Positions 36,263-46,216 are shown, counted from the first letter of the stretch. The stretch is DNA of 64,000 bases from Candidatus Woesearchaeota archaeon (GCA_964622835.1 CAZUSA010000001.1:50831-114830), one strand, 5' to 3'. Notes: generated by a model not told the origin, from the sequence alone. Translations and numbers: made by a program.

Positions 36263-37045
36263 ATGTTCAAACGATACACCAACCCCAATACACCAGAATT
36301 ATGGGACAAGATTTGGAAACCTACCAGCAAAGAAAGCGACCTCTATAATATCAAGAGAAATGAAGTGAGTATCTGTTGGAAAAAGATGGAACAGACCGTA
36401 CTCAAAGAGTTTGGCAGTTTCAAAGGATTAAACGTCTTAGAAATTGGGAGTGGTGGTGGCACACGTGGATTACTCTTTGCCTTACGTGGCAGTAATGTTA
36501 CTGTCTTAGACTATTCTAAAAAAGCATTAATACGTGCAAAAGAATTCTACAAACGTCAAGGCATTACCGTTAAAACCATTCATGCCGATGCATTACACTT
36601 ACCAAAGAACTTACACAATAAATTTGATGTATCATTAAGTTTTGGATTAATTGAACATTTTGAAAATAAGACAAGAACAAAAATGATGCAAGCACATAAA
36701 GATGTATTAAAAAAGAATGGTATGACTTTTATTTCTGTGCCCAATAAATGGAATCCACCGTATAGAATTTACAAGGCTGTCTTTGAAGCTATTGGTAAAT
36801 GGCAGTTTGGTTTGGAAATACCATATTCACGTAAAGAGTTATTAGAACGTGCAAAAGCATGTGAGTTACATAATACAAGAGTTATTGGCGGTTCATTCAT
36901 CAGTAGTTTTGATTATATTAATCCACTAAAATACATTAAATACGCATTAGGTATCAAGAAGAATATTAAACATATTAAAAGAGAGATTCCAAGTTGTTTG
37001 GATGATACGTTGAGTTATGGTATTATTCTTATTGGTAAGAAGTAG
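36263..37045 (+). CDS. Class I SAM-dependent methyltransferase
   Basis: Motif I VLEIGSGGGTRGLLFALRG and motif II VTVLDYS. The ORF-track start at 36218 lies inside the tRNA-Trp gene; start ATG at 36263 (MFKRYTNP) chosen. Confidence 0.65.
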   Translation: MFKRYTNPNTPELWDKIWKPTSKESDLYNIKRNEVSICWKKMEQTVLKEFGSFKGLNVLEIGSGGGTRGLLFALRGSNVTVLDYSKKALIRAKEFYKRQGITVKTIHADALHLPKNLHNKFDVSLSFGLIEHFENKTRTKMMQAHKDVLKKNGMTFISVPNKWNPPYRIYKAVFEAIGKWQFGLEIPYSRKELLERAKACELHNTRVIGGSFISSFDYINPLKYIKYALGIKKNIKHIKREIPSCLDDTLSYGIILIGKK

Positions 37046-37678
37046 TTATTCTAAATGTCCTTCATCAAGAACACTTCCCTGCTGAGGTTGACCATGGCCT
37101 GAACGTTGCATAAAAGAAGAAAGCTTATAGCGAAATGCCACATAAGAACTCTTAAGACGATCTTCCAAAATAAACTCCCGATCATGAGCATTAACAAGAA
37201 GGTCTAAACGTTCAAAACCTTCACCACAATCACCTCCACCAAAGACATTAAGAGAATCATAAACAAGACCAAAAAGGGCAGGTGATTGTGTAGAATTTAC
37301 AGTAACCAATTGTGGAGCATACACAGTAGAATCAGCCACCTCAACAAGACCTTCACTAACAGTTTCAAAGGTAAGTTCGCCAGAGCCACCTAATGTTTCT
37401 TGAAGTGTTTGTATTGCCCTATAAAATCGAAAGCCAGCAGCACCATATTCCTCTGTTGGGTGAGGATTACCTCTCACAACCAATCCCAGTTTATTAGGCA
37501 AAGCATTCCCCTGTGGAGGAATAAACGTGATAACATCAGATCCCAAATGTTGAAAAATGGACAGTATATCTCCAGTCAAACCTTTCCTATAAGGACTAAG
37601 GCGTTCAAAAAAATCTTCACGTCGTTGATTTAATCTATCATTAATGAGGGGGTATAATTGGGAGAGCGTCATCACCAA
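37046..37678 (-). CDS. Hypothetical protein (210 aa)
   Basis: ORF only. Gly/Pro/Arg-richer composition than neighbours. Confidence 0.35.
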   Translation of the reverse strand: MVMTLSQLYPLINDRLNQRREDFFERLSPYRKGLTGDILSIFQHLGSDVITFIPPQGNALPNKLGLVVRGNPHPTEEYGAAGFRFYRAIQTLQETLGGSGELTFETVSEGLVEVADSTVYAPQLVTVNSTQSPALFGLVYDSLNVFGGGDCGEGFERLDLLVNAHDREFILEDRLKSSYVAFRYKLSSFMQRSGHGQPQQGSVLDEGHLE

Positions 37679-37732
37679 AAACTAAAAGCACCATTTAAAA
37701 GCCTTACGATTGTACTAACTAATAAGTAACAA

Positions 37733-38119
37733 CTATTCTTCTTTGGCACTAAACGTAGAAGCAATATCAATGACGTATTTCCCATCATCTAACTTATACA
37801 CCAAGGGCTCACCTTTAAACAAGTCAACTAAATCAATCTCAAATTTCCCTGGTTGATTCACCCGTATTGATTCAAGATCTAAGACAACTGGATGATCTTT
37901 CGCTACTTCCTTTTTGGTCTTATCACCAATAAGTTCTAAAGCATCACGTTCTATTTGTTGTTTATCTTCTGTTGTTAAGTTCGCCGTAAAGGATTGAGAT
38001 TCTTGTACGGATTGTTCTTTCATAAAGAAGAAAAATCGTCCACCACAATCACATCCTGCCAATATTTCACGTGAACCATCAGCATACAACTTTGAACAAC
38101 GAACACATTGGTGTGGCAT
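37733..38119 (-). CDS. Zn-ribbon protein (DUF2072-like), archaeal conserved
   Basis: MPHQCVRCSKLYADGSREILAGCDCGG (C-x2-C...C-x-C). Confidence 0.5.
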   Translation of the reverse strand: MPHQCVRCSKLYADGSREILAGCDCGGRFFFFMKEQSVQESQSFTANLTTEDKQQIERDALELIGDKTKKEVAKDHPVVLDLESIRVNQPGKFEIDLVDLFKGEPLVYKLDDGKYVIDIASTFSAKEE

Positions 38120-38581
38120 CTATCGACGTCTCCGCACCGTGCGACGTTTCGGTGTTCGTTTTGTTGCAGCACGCTTGACTCGTTTCTTTGGTGCAGCACG
38201 TTTCGTTGAACCAAATTGTGGTAACGTAAACAATTCTACTTTATTTGGATTACGTCGTATTTCTTTCACAACACTTGATGGTCCAATAATCGTTATGCCA
38301 TCCCTATGCCCAATTAATGCTTTTACCATTTCTTTCTTGAATTTATTAAAAAATTGCAAGTTCTTTTCTTCTGGATAGATAGTACAAATTTCCACACCAG
38401 TAAAACTTTTTTGAATCTGAGCCATCGTCTCAGCAATTAATAGGGTTTCTTCTTCGGGTAATAACCGTCCTTGCATTAATACAATCTTTTCTTGTTTAAC
38501 AATACCGAGTAACTTATCAATGCGTTCGTTCGAAGCAAGATTTTCAATCTCACTGTAGGGGACAAATTCTAGAGTTAACAT
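38120..38581 (-). CDS. DUF2073-like archaeal protein with Arg/Lys-rich C-terminal tail
   Basis: Adjacent (0-nt gap) to the Zn-ribbon gene. C-terminal KRAAPKKRVKRAATKRTPKRRTVRRRR. Confidence 0.45.
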   Translation of the reverse strand: MLTLEFVPYSEIENLASNERIDKLLGIVKQEKIVLMQGRLLPEEETLLIAETMAQIQKSFTGVEICTIYPEEKNLQFFNKFKKEMVKALIGHRDGITIIGPSSVVKEIRRNPNKVELFTLPQFGSTKRAAPKKRVKRAATKRTPKRRTVRRRR

Positions 38582-38602
38582 TTCACACCACCTCTTGTTT
38601 TA

Positions 38603-39367
38603 TTATATAAGTCTAAATAAAGACTCATAAAACTCCTCCATATTTTTTCCTTTATGCGCGCTCATGCCCACAACATCGTATTGGGGAAAAGCGTTTTCGA
38701 CTCTGCGAATGTTCGATTTACGCAAGTCGGTTTTGTTAGCAACAACTAACACAGGAATGTTTCGTGCTGCTAAGTTGCCAATGATCGTTACATTGACTTG
38801 CGAGTAGGGATTTTCTGTAGAGTCTAAGACAACTAAACAGACATCAACATCATCTAACCATTTAATGGCTTCAATAACACCTTTTGTTGCTTCTTTAGCT
38901 CTATCTTTTGCTTGTTTATTCTTCATTTTATAACTCATGAAGTCTTCATAATCAATCTTTGTGGCAATACCCGGTGTATCAACAATGTTAAACGTCATTT
39001 CTTTATTGTCATATTTAATCGTAACTTGTTCTTTCACTTGGATAGCTCGTGTTTCATGAGGAATCTTCGAAACACTTCCCATACGTTCACCAATCCAGTC
39101 TTGACAGATTCTATTCGCTAACGTTGTTTTTCCAGCGTTGGGAGGACCATAAATACCTAATTTAATATCTTTTTTCTTGGCAAACATACTATTGATCATG
39201 CGTCGTAAGAAATTTCTCAAAAATTTAACCATTAACGGCTTAGCTTTCGACTTTGCTTTAGTTGCTTTTGGAGGTGCTGCTTGTGCTCTCTTTCGTGTAG
39301 CTCTCTTCTTTGCAGGAGCTCTCTTTTTTTTAGTTGTAGAACGTCGTGTTGTTTTTTTTGTTGCCAT
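38603..39367 (-). CDS. Small GTP-binding protein (Era/MMR_HSR1-like) with Lys/Arg-rich N-terminal extension
   Basis: G1 GPPNAGKTT, G3 DTPG, G4 NKTD. N-terminal KK/RR-rich 45 aa. Confidence 0.7.
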   Translation of the reverse strand: MATKKTTRRSTTKKKRAPAKKRATRKRAQAAPPKATKAKSKAKPLMVKFLRNFLRRMINSMFAKKKDIKLGIYGPPNAGKTTLANRICQDWIGERMGSVSKIPHETRAIQVKEQVTIKYDNKEMTFNIVDTPGIATKIDYEDFMSYKMKNKQAKDRAKEATKGVIEAIKWLDDVDVCLVVLDSTENPYSQVNVTIIGNLAARNIPVLVVANKTDLRKSNIRRVENAFPQYDVVGMSAHKGKNMEEFYESLFRLI

Positions 39368-39452
39368 AAATACTCACTCTTTTGCCCTTCTTAAGCATAG
39401 TAACGCTCACGAGGATGCTTTTAAGCATTGCTGTGATAGATACTGCACGTGG

Positions 39453-39887
39453 CTAAATATCTAAAATAACACGTGCTGTAAACGTTTGTTCTTTTTCTGT
39501 TAATGAAAAATGATGTAACGTTACTGCTTTAACGTCTGATCGAAGGTCTTGTTTTTTTGGATCAATAGTGGTTCCTTTGCAGGTTGCTTCCAACGTGAAA
39601 GCACCATCCTTTTCTGTGATAGTCACTGCTACATTGGCAAACAAGAATTGATCCACGTCTTTACGATAGATAATATCCTCAAGAAATTCATACAACAATC
39701 GTTCTCTATCTGTATGCGTTACCGTTATCGTTACTGTTTTTTCTGTAGTAAGAGTCTTGAAATCCACCATGGTTTCCATTGTTGCCATAGCTGCTGCAAT
39801 GAACACATCGTTTACTGTATCACCTGTTGCTTCAAAGGCAACATCTGCAATAGCTACATCTTCAAGAAATGTGTACTTCCCTGTCAT
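39453..39887 (-). CDS. Archease (RtcB activator)
   Basis: MTGKYTFLEDVAIADVAFEATGDT matches the archease N-terminal signature. 4-nt overlap with rtcB stop. Confidence 0.8.
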   Translation of the reverse strand: MTGKYTFLEDVAIADVAFEATGDTVNDVFIAAAMATMETMVDFKTLTTEKTVTITVTHTDRERLLYEFLEDIIYRKDVDQFLFANVAVTITEKDGAFTLEATCKGTTIDPKKQDLRSDVKAVTLHHFSLTEKEQTFTARVILDI

Positions 39888-42847
39888 CCTTTCACGTTCC
39901 CTATAGGTTTTAATTGAACGACTTTTCTTGTAATACCAGCATGATCTAAGACATCAACAACGTTGTCAATATCTTTGTACGCTTTTCCTGCTTCTTCTGC
40001 AAGTCCTTGCATACTAATAGAACGTACATAAATACCTTTTTTGGCCATGCGTTCTTGAAGTTCTTTTCCTGTAAATTCTTTTTTTGCTTGTGTTCTACTC
40101 ATTGTTCGTCCAGATCCATGTGCAGTACTACCAAAGGTTGTATCCATTGCTTTTTGTGTGCCAACAAGTAAGTATGATCCTGTTTCCATGCTGCCACCTA
40201 AGATAACGGGTTGTCCTACTGGTCTATATTCTGGTGCAAGATCTTTTTGTTTTGGTCCAAAGGCACGTGTTGCTCCTTTCCTATGAACAATAAGATCTTT
40301 TTGTTTTCCATCTATTTTGTGTGATTCTACTTTTGCTATATTATGAGCAACATCATAGACTAAGTTCATCTGTAATTGATCAGGTGTTTGTTTGAAGATG
40401 TGTTTGAACGCTTCTCTAATACGATGGGTAATCATTTGTCTATTGGCAAAGGCCATATTTGCTGCACAGGCCATTGCTTTGAAGTAGGCTTGCCCTTCAT
40501 CGCTACTAAAGGGTGCACAGGCAAGTTCCCTATCAGGTACTGTAATATTGTATTTTGGCATGGCATCGACGAATGTTTTCAAGTAATCTGTTGCAACTTG
40601 ATGACCAAAGCCTCGTGATCCACAATGGACCATGATAACTATTTGATCTTTATCGGTAATACCAAATCGTTTAGCTGTGTCTTCATCACAAATATCTGCT
40701 GCACGTTGTATTTCTAAGTAATGATTACCAGATCCTAATGTTCCTAATTGATTCATACCACGTTTTCTAGCCTTGTCTGAAATGCATGATGCATCTGCTT
40801 GTTCAATCTTACCACTACTTTCTGTGCGCCACACATCTTGTTGCCAACCATATCCATTGTCCACACACCATTGTGTTCCATTTTCTACGATATCTGTAAA
40901 TTGTTGGTTGTTTAATTGTAAAAATCCTTTACATCCTACACCTGCAGGTACCGTTCCAAATAAGTAATCAACAAGTTTTTTTAATTTTGGTTGTACTTCT
41001 TTGTATGATAAGTTCGTTGTAATAAGTCGCATACCACAATTATGGGAAACAATAGAATTCGCAATAAAATTATGATTATCATCATTCATAGTAAAATCGT
41101 AAACAAAATCAGGATGAAGAACTTCTTCAATAGAAATAATGGTATCACGGACAAATTCAGAGTGAGGTATTTGTGCTTGTGAAAAAAATTCCTGAAAAGA
41201 AGGGAATGATGAGGAAACCCTTCGGGATGTTGTTTCTTGATAAAGTGCTCCTTTGACCATTGCTTGACTAAGACCTTCTTGCATAGCAAAATTACCTATC
41301 TCCGAGAAGGTTGTTCCTTCTTCGCGCATAGATTTTCCAGCGGCAACAAAGAGAGCGGCATGATTAAGAAATTGTTTTTTATGTTTAAGATAAGCAAGAG
41401 CAACCATTGAAAGTTCTTTACGTTCACGACAATATTCAAAACCAATAGTGCCCCACAATGTAATAAGATTCTCTAATGTAGATGACAATCGTAAAGAATG
41501 TTTTATTGTTGTTTCTCCCTTAACATTAATAACACCTTCTTGTTTGTAAATATTATTCACTTTAATATTAAAATGTTTAAGAAGTTGAGCAATATCCAGA
41601 AGAAATTTTTTATTTTCTTTTTCCAAAGAAATAATTTTATTTTGACTAAAGGATGGTTCTATAAATGCAAAAGTTTCTCCTTTTCTTTGAGCAGGTTTAG
41701 ACATTTCAGCACCAAACAACCCTGCCAAATAAAGTCGTTGTATCCAACGTGGTGATGTTTTGATCCATGAAGGGAGGGTTGTTGTTGTTCTTGATTTATT
41801 GCCTTCAGGCATACCTAAAGCTTTAAGCAAAACAACAAGAGATTGAGAGTTAATATACAATTGAGAAGATGTACCACTTATTTTCCTTATAGATCCCTCA
41901 GTAGTTTGTACAACACTTGTATACGGTTTCGTAGAAATATATTTTTGGTGGTAACCCATGAGAGCAAGGTCTTTTTGTATTTCTTTGAGGTCATCTACAG
42001 CCCCAATAGCCCGCATAGACCAAACATCTTGTTTTCTTCGTTTATTATGATATTTTCCAAGCCAACCATCACCTGTAAGGAAACCAAGAAGTTTAGTAAG
42101 AATAGGAAAGTGCGGTGAGTTTTCACGTAGTGGTAAGAGATTTTTATCTCGAAGTGTTTGTATGAGTTTTGGACGATCACCAACAATTGTTTTGATTGTT
42201 TCTTCATCAACAATAATACGTGAAGAAGGTTTTTCATATTCCACCCCCGAAAAAGGATGAATAACAACAGCATCGCCTTCTTTTAATTTTCCTGCACAAA
42301 CCATATCTTCACCAGTATACAAAGGATGATCTTCTGTTAGTGTCAATGTTTCTCCACACGCAGTAGTTATTTGAAACACTTTTGTTGTAGGAATTTTTTT
42401 CATAAAAAGGAGTGCCTGTGAAGAATGTTTCTTATTATCTTTAAGATTCATTAAAGAAATAAAATCTTGAGAAAAATTTCTATCAAAATCTTTTATTTTT
42501 TTATAACAGCCATGATGAAGAAGTATTTTTGTGTCACCTGAAACACAGTTAATATCAAAGCCAATGCCACCAGGACTAATAACACCTTCATTTACATCAA
42601 AGGCAGCAACACCGCCAATGGGAAATCCATATCCCCAATGACCGTCGGGCATGCACAATGCGTGTTTTTGAATACCAGGTAAGCACGCAACATTGGTTAT
42701 TTGGTCGAAGACACCTGCGTCAAAGTTTTGTAGTAATGTTTCATTAGCAATCATACGTGCAGGAACTTGCATTCCTTTCTTGTATGTTGTAGGGATTTCC
42801 CATGTAAAATCATCTATTTTTTTAATGGATTCAGGTACGTTAGACAT
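39884..42847 (-). CDS. rtcB: tRNA-splicing ligase RtcB, interrupted by an in-frame intein
   Basis: Exteins: ...PGGIGFDIN | CGMRLITT... and C-terminal conserved RtcB block (HNIAKVE...HRKGATRA...GSMETGSY). 987 aa total = about 484-aa RtcB + 503-aa intein. Confidence 0.9.
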   Translation of the reverse strand: MSNVPESIKKIDDFTWEIPTTYKKGMQVPARMIANETLLQNFDAGVFDQITNVACLPGIQKHALCMPDGHWGYGFPIGGVAAFDVNEGVISPGGIGFDINCVSGDTKILLHHGCYKKIKDFDRNFSQDFISLMNLKDNKKHSSQALLFMKKIPTTKVFQITTACGETLTLTEDHPLYTGEDMVCAGKLKEGDAVVIHPFSGVEYEKPSSRIIVDEETIKTIVGDRPKLIQTLRDKNLLPLRENSPHFPILTKLLGFLTGDGWLGKYHNKRRKQDVWSMRAIGAVDDLKEIQKDLALMGYHQKYISTKPYTSVVQTTEGSIRKISGTSSQLYINSQSLVVLLKALGMPEGNKSRTTTTLPSWIKTSPRWIQRLYLAGLFGAEMSKPAQRKGETFAFIEPSFSQNKIISLEKENKKFLLDIAQLLKHFNIKVNNIYKQEGVINVKGETTIKHSLRLSSTLENLITLWGTIGFEYCRERKELSMVALAYLKHKKQFLNHAALFVAAGKSMREEGTTFSEIGNFAMQEGLSQAMVKGALYQETTSRRVSSSFPSFQEFFSQAQIPHSEFVRDTIISIEEVLHPDFVYDFTMNDDNHNFIANSIVSHNCGMRLITTNLSYKEVQPKLKKLVDYLFGTVPAGVGCKGFLQLNNQQFTDIVENGTQWCVDNGYGWQQDVWRTESSGKIEQADASCISDKARKRGMNQLGTLGSGNHYLEIQRAADICDEDTAKRFGITDKDQIVIMVHCGSRGFGHQVATDYLKTFVDAMPKYNITVPDRELACAPFSSDEGQAYFKAMACAANMAFANRQMITHRIREAFKHIFKQTPDQLQMNLVYDVAHNIAKVESHKIDGKQKDLIVHRKGATRAFGPKQKDLAPEYRPVGQPVILGGSMETGSYLLVGTQKAMDTTFGSTAHGSGRTMSRTQAKKEFTGKELQERMAKKGIYVRSISMQGLAEEAGKAYKDIDNVVDVLDHAGITRKVVQLKPIGNVKG
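41039..42547 (-). mobile_element. Intein (503 aa) with LAGLIDADG homing-endonuclease domain inserted in rtcB
   Basis: Begins with Cys (CVSGDTKILL), ends ...SIVSHN, followed by the +1 Cys of CGMRL. Two LAGLIDADG-like motifs (LLGFLTGDGWL, LYLAGLFGAEMS). Boundary codons verified in DNA. Confidence 0.75.
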
Positions 42848-42907
42848 GGTATTTAGAACAAAATAAGTCTATATAAAACAAAGGGGTACAAAGAAAAGTA
42901 ATTCTCC

Positions 42908-43495
42908 TTATGCGGAGAATCTGTTGCTTATTTCGTCCCAATTGATAAGGTGCATGAAGTTGTCTACCCATTCTGCACGTTTATTTTGGTATTTCAAGTA
43001 GTATGCGTGTTCCCAGACGTCACACAAGACTAAGATGGTTGATTCGGGTAATGCAAGTTTTTGGTGGTTTTCTACAGTTACTATGTGTAAACTTCCATCT
43101 GCTACTTGTACTAATGATCCCCATCCTGATCCTTCAATAGCCGTAGTCGCAGCTTTGAATTGTTTAACAAAGGCGTCAAAGCTTCCGAAGTTTTTTTCTA
43201 TGCCTGCAAGTAATGCACCTGTTGGTTTGTTATCGTCTTGTCCAGCACGCATGTTTTCCCAAAAGATTGTATGTAAGATATGGCCTGCACCATGGAAAGC
43301 TAATTCTCGTTCCCAGTGTTTTACTAAAGAAAAATCTCCAGCTTTACGTGCTTCTGAAAGTTTTTCAATAGCGTTGTTTAATCCTTTAACATATCCTGCA
43401 TGATGTTTGTCATGGTGTAATGCAACCGTTTCTTTATCGTAGTACGGTTCTAACGCATCAACAGCATAGGGTAATTCAGGTAATGTATATGCCAT
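42908..43495 (-). CDS. sod: Fe/Mn superoxide dismutase
   Basis: MAYTLPELPYAVDALEPY, HHDKHH, DVWEHAYY metal-ligand motifs. Confidence 0.9.
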   Translation of the reverse strand: MAYTLPELPYAVDALEPYYDKETVALHHDKHHAGYVKGLNNAIEKLSEARKAGDFSLVKHWERELAFHGAGHILHTIFWENMRAGQDDNKPTGALLAGIEKNFGSFDAFVKQFKAATTAIEGSGWGSLVQVADGSLHIVTVENHQKLALPESTILVLCDVWEHAYYLKYQNKRAEWVDNFMHLINWDEISNRFSA

Positions 43496-44076
43496 TATAT
43501 TTTACCTACTAAGCCCATACCAGGTTTTAATGTTTCATTACCAGGTTCCCAATTAACAGGACAGACTTGATCGCCATGTTCTTCAACAAACTGTGCTGCT
43601 TTTATTTTACGTAATAATTCTTTTGTATTACGTCCAATAGAATTGTCATGCATTTCGTATGCTTTTAAGATTCCTTCTGGATCAATAATAAAAGTTCCAC
43701 GTAATGATAATCCTTCGTCATGAATGTATGTTCCGTATGCGTGACATACTTTTCCTGTTGGATCAGCTAACATTGGGAATTGTATTTTCTTTATTGTTTC
43801 TGAATTGTCATGCCATGCTTTGTGCACGAACGGTGTATCTGTACTGACACTAATAACTTCGCAATTAAGATCTTTAAATGCTTGATAGTTATCAGCTAAG
43901 TCACCAAGTTCTGTTGGGCAGACAAAGGTGAAGTCTGCTGGGTAAAAGAAGAGAACAACCCATTTGCCTTTGTAGTCGCTTAGGTTGATTTTCTTAACAT
44001 CATTTTGAATGAGTGCTTCAGCAGTAAAACTAGGTGCGAGTGCACCAATTTCCAAGTGTTGTTGGTCATCTGTCAT
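43495..44076 (-). CDS. Peroxiredoxin (AhpC/Prx1 family)
   Basis: Peroxidatic Cys motif FTFVCPTE. ORF track extends to 44112, but MTDDQQHLEIGALAPSF (start 44076) fits typical Prx N-termini. Start alternatives remain. Confidence 0.8.
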   Translation of the reverse strand: MTDDQQHLEIGALAPSFTAEALIQNDVKKINLSDYKGKWVVLFFYPADFTFVCPTELGDLADNYQAFKDLNCEVISVSTDTPFVHKAWHDNSETIKKIQFPMLADPTGKVCHAYGTYIHDEGLSLRGTFIIDPEGILKAYEMHDNSIGRNTKELLRKIKAAQFVEEHGDQVCPVNWEPGNETLKPGMGLVGKI

Positions 44077-44268
44077 AGTATGTTCCTCCAAGAAGAGATG
44101 AGGCATATTCACCCCAAAAGTGTATCTTCCATGTTGAATGAGGAGTATATTAACATTTCGTTGATAAAAGCCATACGTCTAAAGTCTTTTAAACGCCTAT
44201 AGAAAGATATTCTCTGTCCAGTTGTGTGACCCTTGCGAGAAGCCTTCGGGCGTCGAAGAACAAGGGAG

Positions 44269-44883
44269 TTAGCTGGACGTTTTTTTCATAACAAAGTGTG
44301 CATACAATATTCCACACAATCCACCAAAGAAGTTGTAGATGAAATCAAACATGGTATTGAACCATTCACTGTTGATAAATTCTGTATTGATATCTCCTAA
44401 TCCATGGCCAAAGACACCAAGGCCATCACCAACAACAAAGTATCCATAGAATTCCATGAATTCAACAAAGACGCCAAACCCTAAGATGGATAATAAAATT
44501 AAACAATATAATGTCCATCGTTCTGCTGTTGTTTTTTGTTTGAAATAGTTACCAAGTTTAAAATAATTGTACACAAAGATTGCTGCGACGAATTCCCCAA
44601 CGAAATGTGTTACATGATCCCATTGTAATCCAACAGGTGAGATATTATAGAATCCAAAGACGCCCGCATTATGTAATGCAAAAGCAAATGTTAATGCCAT
44701 GTAAATACGGGGTGTTAATCGTAACGAGTTATACCACCAAAAAAGCAAGCTCATGATAACAATTAACATAATACTATCTGAAATATAATCATGAACGTCA
44801 ACGAGATATGCAGTGCCAATAAATGCTAAGAATATTGCAAGGGTTGTTATGTAAGCCCACCAGGGACGTTGTTGTGTTTTCAT
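44269..44883 (-). CDS. Integral membrane protein (His-rich loops), hypothetical
   Basis: Multiple hydrophobic helices. Lies directly downstream of the E2 gene (1-nt gap). Confidence 0.45.
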   Translation of the reverse strand: MKTQQRPWWAYITTLAIFLAFIGTAYLVDVHDYISDSIMLIVIMSLLFWWYNSLRLTPRIYMALTFAFALHNAGVFGFYNISPVGLQWDHVTHFVGEFVAAIFVYNYFKLGNYFKQKTTAERWTLYCLILLSILGFGVFVEFMEFYGYFVVGDGLGVFGHGLGDINTEFINSEWFNTMFDFIYNFFGGLCGILYAHFVMKKTSS

Positions 44884-44884
44884 G

Positions 44885-46216
44885 TTACATATCGACGAGC
44901 AATAAGTCGGGATCTTCGAGATAGCTAATAACTTTGTTCATAAATCTTGCGGCTTCTGCTCCATCAAGGATTCTATGGTCAAAGGATAACGTCAAGTACA
45001 TGACTTTTCTCATGCTGGCTTTGCCTTTGTCATCAACGATAGCTTCATCTTTCATGCGCCCAATACCTAAGATAGCGGCTTCTGGATAGTTAATGATGGG
45101 TGTTCCATACATGCCACCAATACTTCCATAGTTTGTAACGGTAAAGGTCCCACCTTTCAAATCTCCTAAGTTAATAGAACGTTTTTGTGCGTTTGTTGCA
45201 AGGTCTACTATTTCTTTTGCAAGATCTAAAATGCTTTTGTGATCTGCTCCTTTAATGACAGGTACCATGAGTCCATCTGGTGTGTCAACAGCAACACCAA
45301 TGTTGTAATATTTTTTTAAGACTATTTCATCTCCTAACTCTGAAGTTTCTAGTGAAGCATTAAGTGATGGGTGATCTTGTAATGCTGCGATTAATGCTTT
45401 GATAATAAATGGTAAGTAGGTTAATTTTATTCCTTTTTTTTCTGCATGTAGTTTTTCTGCTTGCCGTATGGCAACAAGTTTAGTCATGTCAACTTTATCT
45501 ATATGTGAAACATGTGGTATGGTTGTTGCACTGATGACCATATTTTTTGCAATGGCTTTACGTACTCCTTTCAATGGTACGCGACTAACATATCCATACA
45601 TGTCATATTTTCGCACATGTTTGACTTCTTTTGCAATAGGTGATGTTCCTTTTCCTTGCACACTTCTAACATCACTATCAGTTACTTGACCGTGTGCACC
45701 GGTTGCTTTTGTTGTTGCTAAATCTATGCCTAATTCTTTTGCTAATTTTTTTACACCAGGCATGGCTAATGCTTTACCGACAGCTGCATCTGCTTGTTTC
45801 ACAGCTGTTTCTACTTTAGGTTTTATTGGTATTAATGTCTTGCGTGCTTCTTGAACAGGTGTTTCAATAACAGTATCAGCATCTTCTAATTCCCCTACAA
45901 CGCCTACAGAGCCTTTTTTCTTCGTAGTTTCTTTTGTGGGTGTTACTTTTTCTTCAAGGTTTTCTTGTGGTTTTTCCCCTTTTTCTCCTATGACCACAAA
46001 GACATCACCAACATGAATAGTTGTTCCTTGTTGTGCACGTAATTCTAAGATTGTTCCTCCAACGGGCGAAGGTATTTGTACAACGGCTTTATCAGTTTCA
46101 ACATCTGCTAGTACTTGATCTTCTTTAACAACATCACCAACCTTTACTTTCCATTCGACAAGTTCTCCTTCAGTAATTCCTTCGCCAACGTCTGGAAATT
46201 TAAAGTTGTATGCCAT
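44885..46216 (-). CDS. pdhC: Dihydrolipoamide acyltransferase (E2) of 2-oxoacid dehydrogenase complex
   Basis: Lipoyl domain VETDKAVVQIPSP. Pro/Ala-rich linker, peripheral subunit-binding domain, catalytic domain with DHRILDGA. Confidence 0.85.
   Translation of the reverse strand: MAYNFKFPDVGEGITEGELVEWKVKVGDVVKEDQVLADVETDKAVVQIPSPVGGTILELRAQQGTTIHVGDVFVVIGEKGEKPQENLEEKVTPTKETTKKKGSVGVVGELEDADTVIETPVQEARKTLIPIKPKVETAVKQADAAVGKALAMPGVKKLAKELGIDLATTKATGAHGQVTDSDVRSVQGKGTSPIAKEVKHVRKYDMYGYVSRVPLKGVRKAIAKNMVISATTIPHVSHIDKVDMTKLVAIRQAEKLHAEKKGIKLTYLPFIIKALIAALQDHPSLNASLETSELGDEIVLKKYYNIGVAVDTPDGLMVPVIKGADHKSILDLAKEIVDLATNAQKRSINLGDLKGGTFTVTNYGSIGGMYGTPIINYPEAAILGIGRMKDEAIVDDKGKASMRKVMYLTLSFDHRILDGAEAARFMNKVISYLEDPDLLLVDM

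Noticed and set aside
36094-36348. ORFs 36094..36348 and the 36218 start of the methyltransferase ORF
   Set aside because: Both run through the tRNA-Trp gene (36173..36246). The methyltransferase start was moved to the first ATG after the tRNA (36263). The 84-aa ORF is considered spurious.
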